This document shows, one piece after another, positions 14,391 to 29,987 of a stretch of DNA of 64,000 nt; within the stretch, counting starts at the first letter, position 1; the number at the start of each line of letters is the position of its first letter. Position numbers and translations under genes: made by a program. The notes beneath the pieces were generated by a model, which worked only from the letters and a program-made list of their open reading frames with translations, was not told the origin of the DNA and ran no database searches. This DNA is from Eledone cirrhosa (lineage: Eukaryota), in NCBI GenBank assembly GCA_964016885.1, contig CAXHJY010000330.1, positions 101,434-165,433 of the forward strand, given 5' to 3'.

Positions 14391-17300
14391 CCCTTTAGTA
14401 TTTATATTACTCTATATATACTATTGTATTTTCACAGTAAAGGCTTTACTTCACATAATACCTCACATAACATTTACATTACTCTATATATACCATTGTA
14501 TTTTCACGGTAAAGGCTTTACCTCACATAATATCTCACATAACATTTACATTGCTCTATATATACTATTGTATTTTCACAGTAAAGGCTTTACCTCACAT
14601 AATATCTCACATAACATTTACATTACTCTATATATACTATTGTATTTTCATGGTAAAGGCTTTACTTCACATAATATCTCACATAACATTTACATTACGC
14701 TATATATACTATTGTATTTTCACAGTAAAGGCTTTACCTCACATAATATCTCACATAACATTTACATTACTCTATATATACTATTGTATTTTCACGGTAA
14801 AGGCTTTACCTCACATAATATCTCACATAACATTTACATTACTCTATATATACTATTGTATTTTCACAGTAAAGGCTTTACCTCACATAATATCTCACAT
14901 AACATTTACATTACTCTATATATACTATTATATTTTCACAGTAAATGCTTTAGCTCACATAATATCTCACATAACATTTACATTACTCTATATATACTAT
15001 TGTATTGTCACAGTAAAGGCTTCACCTCACATAATATCTCACATAACATTTTCATTACTCTATATATACTATTGTATTTTCACAGTAAAGGCTTTACCTC
15101 ACATAATATCTCACATAACATTTACATTACTCTATATATACTATTGTATTTTCACAGTAAAGGCTTTACCTCACATAATATCTCACATAACATTTACATT
15201 ACTCTATATATACTATTGTATTGTCACAGTAAAGGCTTTACTTCACATAATACCTCACATAACATTTACATTACTCTATATATACTATTGTATTGTCACA
15301 GTAAAGGCTTTACCTCACGTAATATCTCACATAACATTTACATTATTCTATATATACTATTGTATTTTCACAGTAAAGGCTTTACCTCACATAATATCTC
15401 ACATAACATTTTCATTACTCTATATATACTATTGTATTTTCACAGTAAAGGCTTTACCTCACATAATATCTCACATAACATTTACATTACTCTATATATA
15501 CTATTGTATTTTCACAGTAAAGGCTTTACCTCACATAATATCTCACATAACATTTACATTACTCTATATATACTATTGTATTGTCACAGTAAAGGCTTTA
15601 CTTCACATAATACCTCACATAACATTTACATTACTCTATATATACTATTGTATTGTCACAGTAAAGGCTTTACCTCACATAATATCTCACATAACATTTA
15701 CATTATTCTATATATACTATTGTATTTTCACAGTAAAGGCTTTACCTCACATAATATCTCACATAACATTTACATTACTCTATATATACTATTGTATTGT
15801 CACAGTAAAGGCTTTACCTCACATAATATCTCACATAACATTTACATTACTCTATATATACTATTGTATTTTCACAGTAAAGGCTTTACCTCACATAATA
15901 TCTCACATAACATTTACATTACTCTATATATACTATTGTATTTTCACAGTAAAGGCTTTACCTCACATAATATCTCACATAACATTTACATTACTCTATA
16001 TATACTATTGTATTTTCACAGTAAAGGCTTTACCTCACATAATATCTCACATAACATTTACATTACTCTATATATACTATTGTATTTTCACAGTAAAGGC
16101 TTTACCTCACATAATATCTCACATAGCATTTACATTACTCTATATATACTATTGTATTTTCATGGTAAAGGCTTTACCTCACATAATATATCACATAACA
16201 TTTACATTACTCTATATATACTATTGTATTGTCACAGTAAAGGCTTTACCTCACATAATATCTCACATAACATTTACATTACTCTATATATACTATTGTA
16301 TTTTCACAGTAAAGGCTTTACCTCACATAATATCTCACATAACAGTCACATTACTCTATATATACTATTGTATTTTCATGGTAAAGGCTTTACCTCACAT
16401 AATACCTCACATTACATTTACATTACTCTATATATACTATTGTATTTTCACAGTAAAGTCTTTACCTCACATAATATCTCACATAACATTTACATTACTC
16501 TATATATACTATTGTATTTTCACAGTAAAGGCTTTACCTCACATAATATCTCACATAACATTTACATTACTCTATATATACTATTATATTTTCACAGTAA
16601 AGGCTTTACCTCACATAATATCTCACATAAGATTTACATTACTCTATATATACTATTGTATTTTCACAGTAAAGGCTTTACCTCACATAATATCTCACAT
16701 AACATTTACATTACTCTATATATACTATTGTATTTTCACAGTAAAGGCTTTACCTTACATAATATCTCACATAACATTTACATTACTCTATATATACTAT
16801 TGTATTTTCACAGTAAAGGCTTTACCTCACATAATATCTCACATAACATTTACATTACTCTATATATACTATTGTATTTTCACAGTAAAGGCTTTACCTC
16901 ACATAATATCTCACATAGCATTTACATTACTCTATATATACTATTGTATTTTCATGGTAAAGGCTTTACCTCACATAATATATCACATAACATTTACATT
17001 ACTCTATATATACTATTGTATTGTCACAGTAAAGGCTTTACCTCACATAATATCTCACATAACATTTACATTACTCTATATATACTATTGTATTTTCACA
17101 GTAAAGGCTTTACCTCACATAATATCTCACATAACAGTCACATTACTCTATATATACTATTGTATTTTCATGGTAAAGGCTTTACCTCACATAATACCTC
17201 ACATTACATTTACATTACTCTATATATACTATTGTATTTTCACAGTAAAGTCTTTACCTCACATAATATCTCACATAACATTTACATTACTCTATATATA

Positions 17301-17995
17301 CTATTGTATTTTCACAGTAAAGGCTTTACCTCACATAATATCTCACATAACATTTACATTACTCTATATATACTATTATATTTTCACAGTAAAGGCTTTA
17401 CCTCACATAATATCTCACATAAAATTTACATTACTCTATATATACTATTGTATTTTCACAGTAAAGGCTTTACCTCACATAATATCTCACATAACATTTA
17501 CATTACTCTATATATACTATTGTATTTTCACAGTAAAGGCTTTACCTTACATAATATCTCACATAACATTTACATTACTCTATATATACTATTGTATTTT
17601 CACAGTAAAGGCTTTACCTCACATAATATCTCACATAACATTTACATTACTCTATATATACTATTGTATTTTCACAGTAAAGGCTTTACCTCACATAATA
17701 TCTCACATAACATTTACATTACTCTATATATACTATTGTATTTTCACAGTAAAGGCTTTACCTCACATAATATATCACATAACATTTACATTACTCTATA
17801 TATACTATTGTATTTTCACAGTAAAGGCTTCACCTCACATAATATCTCACATAATATTGAATCTATGAGATATTGATGTCATTTATTTTGAGAACAATAC
17901 CTTAATATCAGTATGAGTGACCAGTTATGGCAAGTTTGAACAGAAAGAGGTGAGAGAATTCTGGCCAGATACGACTGGTTTTAAATGCTAAAGGG
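14391..17995 (+). mobile_element. piggyBac-like non-autonomous element (TTAA TSD) carrying a 72-bp tandem array
   Basis: TTAA|CCCTTTAGTATTTA ... TAAATGCTAAAGGG|TTAA (TTAA at 14387-14390 and 17996-17999). Confidence 0.8.
14402..17857 (+). repeat. 72-bp satellite, ~48 copies, with 360-bp and 792-bp higher-order periods
   Basis: Unit tttacattactctatatatactattgtattttcacagtaaaggctttacctcacataatatctcacataaca; diagnostic variants recur at +360 and +792. Confidence 0.95.
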
Positions 17996-18029
17996 TTAAT
18001 GGTAGGGCCTGCCTCCAGTCAAATCATGT

Positions 18030-18430
18030 TGTTGTTACAGTTCACACCTATGTAGGTTTAGCTGGCCTCCTACAAGGGAGATTTCTTGGGTGTTTTAATG
18101 AGAGGGACCCCAGTCCTATCATGTTGTTACAGCTCACACCTATGTAGGGTTAGCTGGCCTCCTACAGGGTTGTATCTCATAGGAGGTTTCTTGGGTGTCT
18201 TAATGATAGGGACCCCAGTCCTATGATGTTGTTACAGCTCACACCTATGTAGGTTTAGCTGGCCTCCTACAAGGTTGTATCTCATAGGAGGTGTCTGGGG
18301 TGTTTTAATGATAGGGACCCCAGTCCTATGATGTTGTTACAGCTCACACCTATGTAGGTTTAGCTGGCCTCCTACAAGGGAGATTTCTTGGGTGTTTTAA
18401 TGATAGGGACCCCAGTCCTATCATGTTGTT
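18030..18430 (+). repeat. ~95-110-bp tandem repeat (host of the piggyBac-like insertions)
   Basis: cagctcacacctatgtagg...gggtgttttaatgatagggaccccagtcctat x4. Confidence 0.85.
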
Positions 18431-18442
18431 TTTGTTACAACT

Positions 18443-19015
18443 CATCATCATCATCATCGTTTAACGTCCATGTTCCACGCTTGCATGGGTTTGGACGGGA
18501 GTTTTCCCACTTGAGGCAAGAGTGGTTGTCTTGCTCGCATAGGACTGTCTGGCGGGTTTTCTACAGCTGGATGCCCTTCCTAACACCAACCACATTTACA
18601 GTGTGGGGCTGGGAGGTTTTTGCCGTGTTGCCTACACAGCCACATTACAGCGTGGACTGTCTGGCGGGTTTTCTACAGTTGGATGCCCTTCCTAACACCA
18701 ACCACATTTACAGTGTGGGGCTGGGAGGTTTTTGCCGTGTTGCCTACACGGCCACATTACAGCGTGGACTGTCTGGCAGGTTTTCTACAGCTGGATGCCC
18801 TTCCCAACACCAACCACATTTACAGTGTGGACTGGGAGGTTTTTACCGTGTTACCTACACGGCCACATTACAGCGTGGACTGTGTGTTTTTTTGGTTTTT
18901 TTTGTCGTGACACCTATACGAGTGAGACACAGTCACCTGACCAATCTTGCCTCAAGTGGGACAGCTCCCGTCTAACCCATGTGGAAGATAGACGTTTAAA
19001 CGATGATGATGATCA
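18443..19015. repeat. RTE-tail SINE fragments in inverted arrangement with a 112-bp internal tandem
   Basis: Tail on minus (18443-18545), 112-bp unit x3, tail on plus (18920-19015). Related fragments at 8575-8815 (+) and 45616-45890 (-). Confidence 0.75.
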
Positions 19016-19554
19016 TGATATATATATATATATATATATATATAACAAAAAAGGTATGGTAAGATACCAGGTGGACCATAACACCCCAGAGTACTCGTAT
19101 GTAGGGTAGACGTTGGGGTCCTGACTCTTTTCCTATATATATAAAGTTTAACCTGTTTAGCTTGCTTCGTTTTTGGGGCTCCGGTGACTGATAGCTTTAT
19201 TACCGCCATTTTCACTTTGCATGGCCTCTCTAACATATGTTAATTGCTCTGGCCTTCCTTGTATATCTGATAAATTTCGACCTTACACACTTGCACCTCT
19301 CTAAGACAATGTCACTGGACCGAGATCTTTGGCGCTACGCAGTAATACAGAAGACCCACCTTGCCTATGTACAAAGCGAAACCAACAGTCAAGGAGGCAC
19401 CTCTTAACCAAATATACACCCCAATCCACTACCCCTACCCTAATATCCCACTCCCACCAACACCACCCTCTCTCTGTAAAGTTGGTACCACAACATCCAA
19501 TCCAAATAAATGAGATAATGTGATTGAGATAGAGATCGTGTAGGTGTCATGACA

Positions 19555-20425
19555 AAAAAAAACACACAGTCCACGCTGTAATGTGGCCGTGTAGGTGTCA
19601 CAACAAAAAACACACAGTCCACGCTGTAATGTGGCCGTGTAGGTGTCACAACAAAAAACACACAGTCCACGCTGTAATGTGGCCGTGTAGGTGTCACAAC
19701 AAAAAACACACAGTCCACGCTGTAATGTGGCCGTGTAGGTGTCACAACAAAAAACACACAGTCCACGCTGTAATGTGGTCGTGTAGGTGTCACAACAAAC
19801 AAACACACAGTCCACGCTGTAATGTGGCCGTGTAGGTGTCACAACAAAAAACACACAGTCCACGCTGTAATGTGGCCGTGTAGGTGTCACAACAAAAAAC
19901 ACACAGTCCACGCTGTAATGTGGCCGTGTAGGTGTCACAACAAACAAACACACAGTCCACGCTGTAATGTGGTCGTGTAGGTGTCACAACAAAAAACACA
20001 CAGTCCACGCTGTAATGTGGTCGTGTAGGTGTCACAACAAACAAACACACAGTCCACGCTGTAATGTGGTCGTGTAGGTGTCACAACAAAAAACACACAG
20101 TCCACGCTGTAATGTGGCCGTGTAGGTGTCACAACAAACAAACACACAGTCCACGCTGTAATGTGGTCGTGTAGGTGTCACAACAAACAAACACACAGTC
20201 CACGCTGTAATGTGGCCATGTAGGTAACACGGTAAAAAGTTCCCAGTTCCACACTGTAAATGTGGTTGGTGTTAGGAAGGGCATCCAGCCCTAGAAAACC
20301 TGCCAGATAGTCCTATATGAGTGAGACACGGTCACCCGACCAACCTTGCCTCAAGTGGGACAACTCCCGTCAAACCCATGCTAGCGTGGAAGATGGACGT
20401 TAAACGATGATGATGATGATGATGA
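19555..20425 (+). repeat. 48-49-bp minisatellite amplified from a SINE internal segment, followed by the RTE-type tail
   Basis: Unit cacacagtccacgctgtaatgtggccgtgtaggtgtcacaacaaaaaa x~14; the unamplified relative is at 63595-64000. Confidence 0.9.
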
Positions 20426-21264
20426 TATTATACACTATAATATATGCGTATATATATATTATATTATATATATATATACACTATGTATGATGCAGTTTGG
20501 TTGGAATATAGTATTGTGTGGTGTAGTACGATGTGGTGTGGTGTAATGTATTTTAGTGTAGTGTGGTTTGGTGGTAGTGGTGGTGGGGTGTTGGAGGTGG
20601 GGTGTTGGAGGTGGGGTGTTGTGTTGTGTGGTGCTACTGGTGGTGTGGGTGGTGGTGGGGTTGTGTAGTGTGGTGGTGATGTGTTGGAGGTGGGGTGTTG
20701 TGTGGTGGTACTGGTGGTGTTGGTAGTGGTGATGGCGTTTTGTGTAGTGTGGTAGGGTGTGGTGTGGTGATGGTGGTGGTGGTGTGTTGGAGGTGGTGGG
20801 GTGTTGTGTGCCTTAATGAACTCACTTCCCTTCTGAAGCATCCATCTGTTTTGGCTCCGTTAATGTCACCCACAACATCCGATCAACCCCCACCACACAC
20901 ACACCAGTGACAGCTGTAACCCCACCACCACCACCACCACCATACCACACCATCACCACCACACCACCACACCACCTTACCACCCTTATTAATGAGTTCT
21001 ACTTTAACATCCTTCCCATCCATCACCACCCCCTACACCACCACCACCACCAACACCACCACCACCATCACCACCACCAAGGGCCTTGTTTCAGGGAGGT
21101 ACTAGGGGACAAGCCCCCACCACCAGCACCGCACACACACACACACTTTTTCAAACGTCTATATTTTATATTTTGTTTATATGATATAATAAATTCTTTT
21201 TAAGCTTATTTTTTTATATCTGATCTTCATTTGAATATATAAAATTTAATTAACGTAAAATTTT

Positions 21265-22070
21265 ACTTATGTGATAGGGTCCAGGAGAGACACCTTAAAC
21301 AATACTAACATGGTCCTTTAAGGATCAACAAATGTTGGTTTGTCCCCCTCACGTTTTTAAGGCAGACGAGACCCCTGTATGTATGTATATATGTATGTAC
21401 ATATATATATATATATACATATATTAATTATGTGATAGGGGCCAGGAAAGGCACCATAATACTAACATGGTCCTTTAAGGATCAACAAATGTTGGTTTGT
21501 CCTCACGTTTTTAAGGCAGACGAGACCCCTGTATGTATGTATATGCATATATGTATGTATATATGTATGTACATATATATATATACATATATTACTTATG
21601 TGATAGGGGCCAGGAAAGGCACCCATAATACTAACATGGTCCTTTAAGGATCAACAAATGTTGGTTTGTCCCCCTTGCATTTTTAAGGCAAAAGAGGCCC
21701 CTGTATGTATGTATGTATATATGTATGTATATATATATGTATATATGTATGTACATATATATATATACATATATTACTTATGTGATAGGGGCCAGGAAAG
21801 GCACCATAATACTAACATGGTCCTTTAAGGATCAACAAATGTTGGTTTGTCCCCCTCACGTTTTTAAGGCAGACGAGACCCCTGTATGTATGTATATGCA
21901 TATATGTATGTATATATGTATGTACATAGATATATATACATATATTACTTATATGATAGGGGCCAGGAAAGGCACCATAATACTAACATGGTCCTTTAAG
22001 GATCAACAAATGTTGGTTTGTCCCCCTTACATTTTTAAGGCAAAAGAGGCCCCTGTATGTATGTACATAT
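21265..22070 (+). repeat. ~165-180-bp tandem repeat x5 including a TA-rich microsatellite
   Basis: tgataggggccaggaaaggcaccataatactaacatggtcctttaaggatcaacaaatg recurs five times. Confidence 0.9.
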
Positions 22071-22448
22071 ATCATCATCTGGGAGAGATGACCCCTTAGC
22101 CTTTGTCAAGGCAGAATTCTAGGAGAAGGAAAACTCTGATATAACACCTGCAACCCTGATGGTATCCAATGATGTTGACTTGTTCTTCCTTTTGGTAAAT
22201 ATCATCTTGGTTAAGAGAGTGGGACTGGCTTTGTGCAGTGCCTTTGCTCACTATAAAAGCTTCATGGCACAGGCATTGCTTTATATCTGGAGATCTCTCT
22301 GCACTTGTCGTCACATGGTACCATGGGCCCAGCACTATGTGTCAATAATTGTCACAAGTGTAGTGTTTGTACCACTAGTACATGTGCCTCCACTATATAT
22401 TTATATAATATATATATATATACACACACACATACATTCGCATATATA

Positions 22449-22495
<47 letters not shown>

Positions 22496-22551
22496 ATGTA
22501 TATATATTTATATATATTTTTCATTTATATTTTTTTATATATATATGTATG

Positions 22552-22584
<33 letters not shown>

Positions 22585-22746
22585 ATATATATATATATGT
22601 ATATATATATGTGTATATATATATATGTATAATATATATGTATGTATAATATATATGTATGTATGTATATATGTACGTATATATATATATGTAATATTTA
22701 TATATGTATATATATATATATGTGTGTATATATATATATATACACA

Positions 22747-22790
<44 letters not shown>

Positions 22791-22804
22791 TGTGTATATA
22801 TATA

Positions 22805-22845
<41 letters not shown>

Positions 22846-22846
22846 A

Positions 22847-22878
<32 letters not shown>

Positions 22879-23041
22879 CACACACAAGTACAGACACTCA
22901 ATATGCCAGCAATAAAGACAGTCTCCAGACAGTTCCATTGTCTGAGAGTTTTCTCTGTTTATTCTGCTTAATGGTTCTATGGAGACTTAGAAACACTGCT
23001 GCCTGGTATATATATAGTGTGTGTGTATATATATATATATA

Positions 23042-23091
<50 letters not shown>

Positions 23092-23118
23092 TGTGTGTGT
23101 ATATATATATATAGTGTG

Positions 23119-23161
<43 letters not shown>

Positions 23162-23233
23162 TGTATGTATATATATATATACATATAGTGTGTGTATATA
23201 TATATATATATAGTGTGTGTGTATATATATATA

Positions 23234-23344
<111 letters not shown>

Positions 23345-23459
23345 TGTATATATATATATATAGTGTATATATATATACTATATATATATATATATAGTAT
23401 ATATATATATATATATAGTGTGTGTGTATGTGTATATATATATATATAGGTATATATAT

Positions 23460-23497
<38 letters not shown>

Positions 23498-23734
23498 GTG
23501 TGTGTGTGTATATATATTATATATATATATATAAATACACTATATATATATATATATATAGTGTATATATATATATTTATAAAATGTGTGTGTATGTGTA
23601 TATATATATATAAATATATATATATATAGTATGTATATATACCAGGCAGCAATGTTTCAAAGTCTCTACAGAACCATTATATATAGTATATATATATAGT
23701 ATATATATATATATAGTATATATATATACATATA

Positions 23735-23785
<51 letters not shown>

Positions 23786-23878
23786 ATTCAGTTACAATAA
23801 TACATTAGTGTCCATGTGTTTTAAACATATGGACACAATACTTAAGTAGATAGAGAGATAGATAGATAGATATATCTA

Positions 23879-23930
<52 letters not shown>

Positions 23931-23947
23931 TTAAAATAACAGATTAA

Positions 23948-23998
23948 AGTTTAAGCAAAAAATCGCTGCTTTCACCCTTAATGGGATCTTCTGAAACT
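23948..23998 (-). ncRNA. Hammerhead-like motif with variant core CAGAAGA (family E)
   Basis: Reverse complement agttt-CAGAAGA-tcccattaagggt-GAAA-gcagcgattttttgc-TT-aaact. A third, 5'-truncated copy lies at ~26668-26705. Confidence 0.6.
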
Positions 23999-24159
23999 AA
24001 AAAAAAAAATCAATCTGTGAACACAGAAGTAAATATTTCGAAAAACGTTGCAACCGAAGGAAGACAGGAAGGTGATACTTTGGTTCATGGAGAAGTTCCC
24101 TGGCAATAAATGGGGAAAAAAGCGAAGATAATATGTCATTATTTGTCATTATTTGTCTT

Positions 24160-24504
24160 ACGTCCCTTTACGATCTGAGTTCAAATCCCGCCGAGGTTGA
24201 CTTTGCCTTTCATCCTTACGGGGTCGATAAAATAAAGTACCAGTAATGCACTGGGTAATTGCTGGCCTTGTGCCTAAAGTAGAAACAATTATTTGTCATT
24301 ATTTGTCATTATTGTGGACTGGCAGTATTGGTAGAGGGTCGGACGCCATGCTTTGACGCATAGAGTTACGGCCCTTGCCATTCTGAGTTCAAATCCTGCC
24401 AAGGTTAACTTTGCCTTTCATCCTTACTGGGTCGATAAAATATAGTACCAGTAATGCACTGGGTAATTGCTGGCCTTGTTTGTGCCTAACGTAGAAACAA
24501 TTAT
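24160..24504 (+). mobile_element. Two SINE S1 (first 5'-truncated)
   Basis: Same consensus. Confidence 0.85.
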
Positions 24505-26521
24505 TTGGAACGATGAGAACAAATATCACACGAAAAGACAAAACCATGTTTATGGTATATATTCTGTTTAGGAAACTGTATGATTCTCGGCTCGGAGTTA
24601 TATACATATATATTTATATATATATATATTTATATATGTATATATATATATACATATATACATATATATATATATATGCATATATATATATACATATGTA
24701 TATATACATATGTATATATACATATATATATATATACATAGTTAGTAAGGTACTCAATACATTAGTAGAGTGTAAACATCAAGTTTATGTCAAACACTCA
24801 CACAGACATACATTCACACACACACGGATAGAGAGACAGGCATACACTCCACACAAACACATACACTGTCATACACACAGACACACACACACACACACAC
24901 AGACATACACACACTCACAGAGAGAGAAATAGACCTACACATCACACAAACACACACAGTCATACAGACACACACACACACACACACCTACAGACACATA
25001 CAAATACACCTACACACACAGACATACATACACACACACATACAGTCATACACACAGAGAAACATACACACACCTACACAGACATACATACACACACACA
25101 CTTACACAGACACACATACACCTACACACACATACATACACACATACAGTCATACACACATACACATACAGTCATACACACAGAGAGACAGACACACACA
25201 CACTTACACACACACACATTTACACACACACTTACACAGACACACATACACCTACACACACACACACCTCTACACACCTACCCAGACATACATACACGAA
25301 AGCAGGTGAAATTTAGGGGTCTCTTTCTTCCCACAAATATAAAAGGGGTAAATGTACTAAAGACATTATTTGATCTTTTATCTGTAACCAATGTCGCCCC
25401 CTGGGTCCTCTTCTATGTCCCTTATATAACCCCTCCACCACCGCCACCAACACACACACACACACACACCACCTCCACGACCACCCCAGGAGGTGGGGCC
25501 TCTCTAGAAGAAGGGTAGGCTGTGACAACATGGGGGCTCTTGTGATTTTGAAAGGGAATCAAATAAAAATATCAAGGTGTGTTCCCTTCTCGCCCTTTTT
25601 CTTTTTTTTTTTCTTTTTTTTTTCAAATTATTTTGTGAGAATTGGACAGTCAGAAAGTGATGTGGGGTGGTGGTGTTGTTGTTGTGGTGGTGGTGGTGTG
25701 GTGGTGGTGGTGGTGGTGGTGGTGTGGTTGTGGTGGTGGTGGTGGTTGTGGTGGTGGTATTGTTGGTGTTGGTGTTGGTGGTGGTGGTGGTTGTAGTGGT
25801 GGTGGTGGTGGTGGTGGTGGTGGTGGTGGTGGTGGTGGTGGTATGGTGTGGTGGTGGTGGTGGTTATTGTAGTGGTGGTGGTGGTGGTGGTATGGTGGGG
25901 TGGTGGTGGTTGTTGTAGTGGTGGTGGTTGTTGTTGTTGTTGTGGTTGTTGTTGTTGTGGTGGTGTGGTGGTATTGTGGTTGTTGTTGTTGTGGTGGTGG
26001 TATGGTGTGGTGGTGGTGGTTGTTGTAGTGGTGGTGGTGGTGGTGGTACGGTGGGGTGGTGGTGGTTGTTGTAGTGGTGGTGGTGGTGGTTGTTGTTGTT
26101 GTGGTGGTGTCGTGGTGGTGGTTGTTGTAGTGGTGGTGGTAGTGGTGGTGGTGGTGTGTGTGATGGGATTATGGGGGGGGGTTATAACATGGGTCCAGCC
26201 AGCATTACAAATAAAAGAGGGGGTAGAAGAACAATGATTGTGTAGGGGGTGGATGGTGTATGTGTAGGGCTGGGTGGGGGCTGGAGGTTACCCCACCTCC
26301 ACCAACCTCCCCCACCACACCCTGTCCAGTCTTGGTGACAATGGCTCTTCTACTCATTGTACTATACGCACACATATACACCCTGTGTGTGTGTATATAT
26401 ATAGGAATTTATATACCTCTATACACACATATATGTATATTTATGTATGTATATGTATATACATGTATATATATATATGTATGTATATTTATATATGTAT
26501 GTATTTGTATATATATATATA

Positions 26522-26576
<55 letters not shown>

Positions 26577-26737
26577 GTATATATATATATATATATAATG
26601 TATATATATATATATATATATAATGTATATATATATATATATATATATAATGTATATATATATATATATTCTTTGCTTAAACTTTAATCTGTTATTTTAA
26701 TAAATATATATATAAATATAAATATATATAAATATAT

Positions 26738-26827
<90 letters not shown>

Positions 26828-26868
26828 TATGTATGTATAGATCTCCCCATGCACATGCCAATATCAGC

Positions 26869-26904
<36 letters not shown>

Positions 26905-27146
26905 ATGTATGTATGCATATATAGTGTATATATTATGGTGATATTTGCATGTGCATGGGGAGACTTATACATACATAATAGACAATTTATATATTTAATT
27001 GAAAGTAGTCCCCCTCATACACATACACATACATATATATATATATGTATATATATATATGTATGTATATATATATATATATATATATGTATAGATATAT
27101 ATATATACATTTATATATATATACAATGCAGTGCTGCATCTACCCA

Positions 27147-27182
<36 letters not shown>

Positions 27183-27184
27183 CA

Positions 27185-27218
<34 letters not shown>

Positions 27219-27224
27219 CATACA

Positions 27225-27288
<64 letters not shown>

Positions 27289-27714
27289 CATACATACAGG
27301 GGGTGTCACTCAAATATCCCTAGATTTAATTAAATCTATTCAGAAGCCCCCTATGTCATAAAAAAAACAGCCACCCATCCACACATCCACCCATCCACCC
27401 TGCCATTCATGCCACCCCCAACACACACATGCACACTTCCCCATCAACGTCTAGCTAAACACAGGAGTCATACACCCCGTTTTTTTTATTATGTTCTTGT
27501 TATATCCACGCAAGCCAACAATACCAAGACTGAGACGGGTTAGAAAGAGAAAGGGACCCCTAAGTTGTCTGTGGTTATACTAGAAATAACAGCAAATATC
27601 TCTCCTCATTTTTTTTTTCTCTCTAGTTTTTCTTTTCTTTTCCTCCATTCACCCAATTATCGGCAAATTACGGCTAGAGGGACAAATCTGGCCTGCAGGC
27701 ATCCCATGGGCAGG

Positions 27715-28505
27715 TATTAGCCCACAATTTCCCATGGACTGGATTTAGCTCCCAGATCCCTATGGACTGGATTTAGCTCCCAGATCCCTATGGACTGGAT
27801 TTAGCTCCCAGATCCCTATGGCCTGGTTTTAACCTACAGCACACTATGGGCTTGATTTAGCCCACAACATACGATAGGCTGGATTTAGCCCACACATTCC
27901 CATGGGTTGGATTTAGCCCTGAGGTTCCCATGAGCTGGATTTAGCCCACAAATTGCCATGGGCTGGATTTAGCTCCCAGATCCCTAGGGCATGGTTTTAA
28001 CCCACAGCACACCATGGGCTTGATTTAGCCCACAACATACGATAGGCTGGATTTAGCCCACAGATTCCCATGGGTTGGATTTAGCCCAGAGGTTCCCATG
28101 AGCTGGATTTAGCCCACAAATTGCCATGGGTTGGATTTAGCTCCCAGATCCCTAGGGCATGGTTTTAACCCACAGCACACCATGGGCTTGATTTAGCCCA
28201 CAACATACGATAGGCTGGATTTAGCCCACACATTCCCATGGGTTGGATTTAGCCCAGAGGTTCCCATGAGCTGGATTTAGCCCACAATTTGCCATGGGTT
28301 GGATTTAGCTCCCAGATCCCTAGGGCATGGTTTTAACCCACAGCACACTATGGGCTTGATTTAGCCCACAACATACGATAGGCTGGATTTAGCCCACACA
28401 TTCCCATGGGTTGGATTTAGCCCAGAGGTTCCCATGAGCTGGATTTAGCTCCCAGATCCCTGGGGCCTGATTTTAACCCACAGCACACCATGGGCTTGAT
28501 TTAGC
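27715..28505 (+). repeat. 28-bp minisatellite with a 168-bp (6-mer) higher-order unit
   Basis: ggatttagc anchor every ~28 bp; variant atttagcccacaacatacgatagg at 27855, 28023, 28191 and 28359. Confidence 0.9.
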
Positions 28506-28580
28506 ACGAAAGGGTGTCTGTGTGTCTCTTTATATGTATGTGTGTGTCTATATGTGTGTGCATGTATGTATATGTATATA

Positions 28581-28625
<45 letters not shown>

Positions 28626-28739
28626 GTATACACAATATAATTGATTAAAAAAGGTGTATTCACACAAAAGTATGCGCACACACACATATATATATATACA
28701 TACATATATATAGATATATATGTATATATATATATACAT

Positions 28740-28824
<85 letters not shown>

Positions 28825-29149
28825 TATACATACATCTACACACATGTACACGCAGAGAAGGTGTTTTGTTTACAATGAGTTCTCTCTTAATAATAAATAT
28901 ACCTTCATTCATTTATATATACATATATACATACAAACATACATACATATACACATATATGTATATATATACACGCATATATACATGCATACATATATAT
29001 ATATATATACATATATACATACACACATACATAATCTACCCACTGTTACCCCCTAACTTCAATAGCAACTAACCAATACACATATATATATGTGTGTGTA
29101 TATATATATGTGTGTGTATATATATATATATGTGTATATATATATATAT

Positions 29150-29217
<68 letters not shown>

Positions 29218-29230
29218 CTGTTTCATTCAT

Positions 29231-29317
<87 letters not shown>

Positions 29318-29439
29318 GCATACATACATATGCATACATATATATACTGTATATATATCACAGCATGAGACCCAGTGGCATACAAATTGTAAAGATCTTA
29401 TATATATATACACACATGTATATATATATATATATACAC

Positions 29440-29475
<36 letters not shown>

Positions 29476-29479
<4 letters not shown>

Positions 29480-29682
29480 TTAATATAGATGAGATTCTAC
29501 AGGACTAGAACTGTTTCATTCATTAGAAATCATCATTCATTAGAAATCATCATTCCTGATGATTTCTAATGAATGAAACAGTTCTAGTCCTGTAGAATCT
29601 CATCTATATTAAAACTGTTATACTCTGCTATGTATTGAGTACCTTACTTACTGTGGTTACCTCCGATTCAACCCGGAATAAC

Positions 29683-29683
<1 letters not shown>
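29476..29683 (+). mobile_element. Fold-back element family B
   Basis: Arm 29476-29536 is the reverse complement of 29557-29616; 3' extension with tattgagtacc; inside (TA)n. Confidence 0.75.
29552..29598 (+). ncRNA. Type I hammerhead ribozyme (family B) in fold-back element
   Basis: attc-CTGATGA-tttctaatgaat-GAAA-cagttctagtcctg-TA-gaat. Same family as 56377; helix I shortened to 4 bp by the inversion junction. Confidence 0.75.
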
Positions 29684-29718
<35 letters not shown>

Positions 29719-29744
29719 GTATATATATATATATATATACACAC

Positions 29745-29824
<80 letters not shown>

Positions 29825-29933
29825 GTATATATATATATATATATATATATACGCATGTATATATATATACACATGTATATATATATATATATATATATAG
29901 ATATATATACACATGTATATATATATATATACA

Positions 29934-29987
<54 letters not shown>

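Noticed and set aside
14424-17876. 1150-aa and 1105-aa ORFs
   Set aside because: Translation of the 72-bp (3n) satellite inside a MITE; two frames open, no domain, no real start context.
19135-19320. Possible decayed hammerhead on minus (ggtcGAAAttt...)
   Set aside because: No recognisable CTGANGA; too degenerate to call.
27294-27335. Isolated Tc1/mariner-like TIR start (tacagggggtgtc); similar at ~52360-52398
   Set aside because: No partner TIR found in the window.
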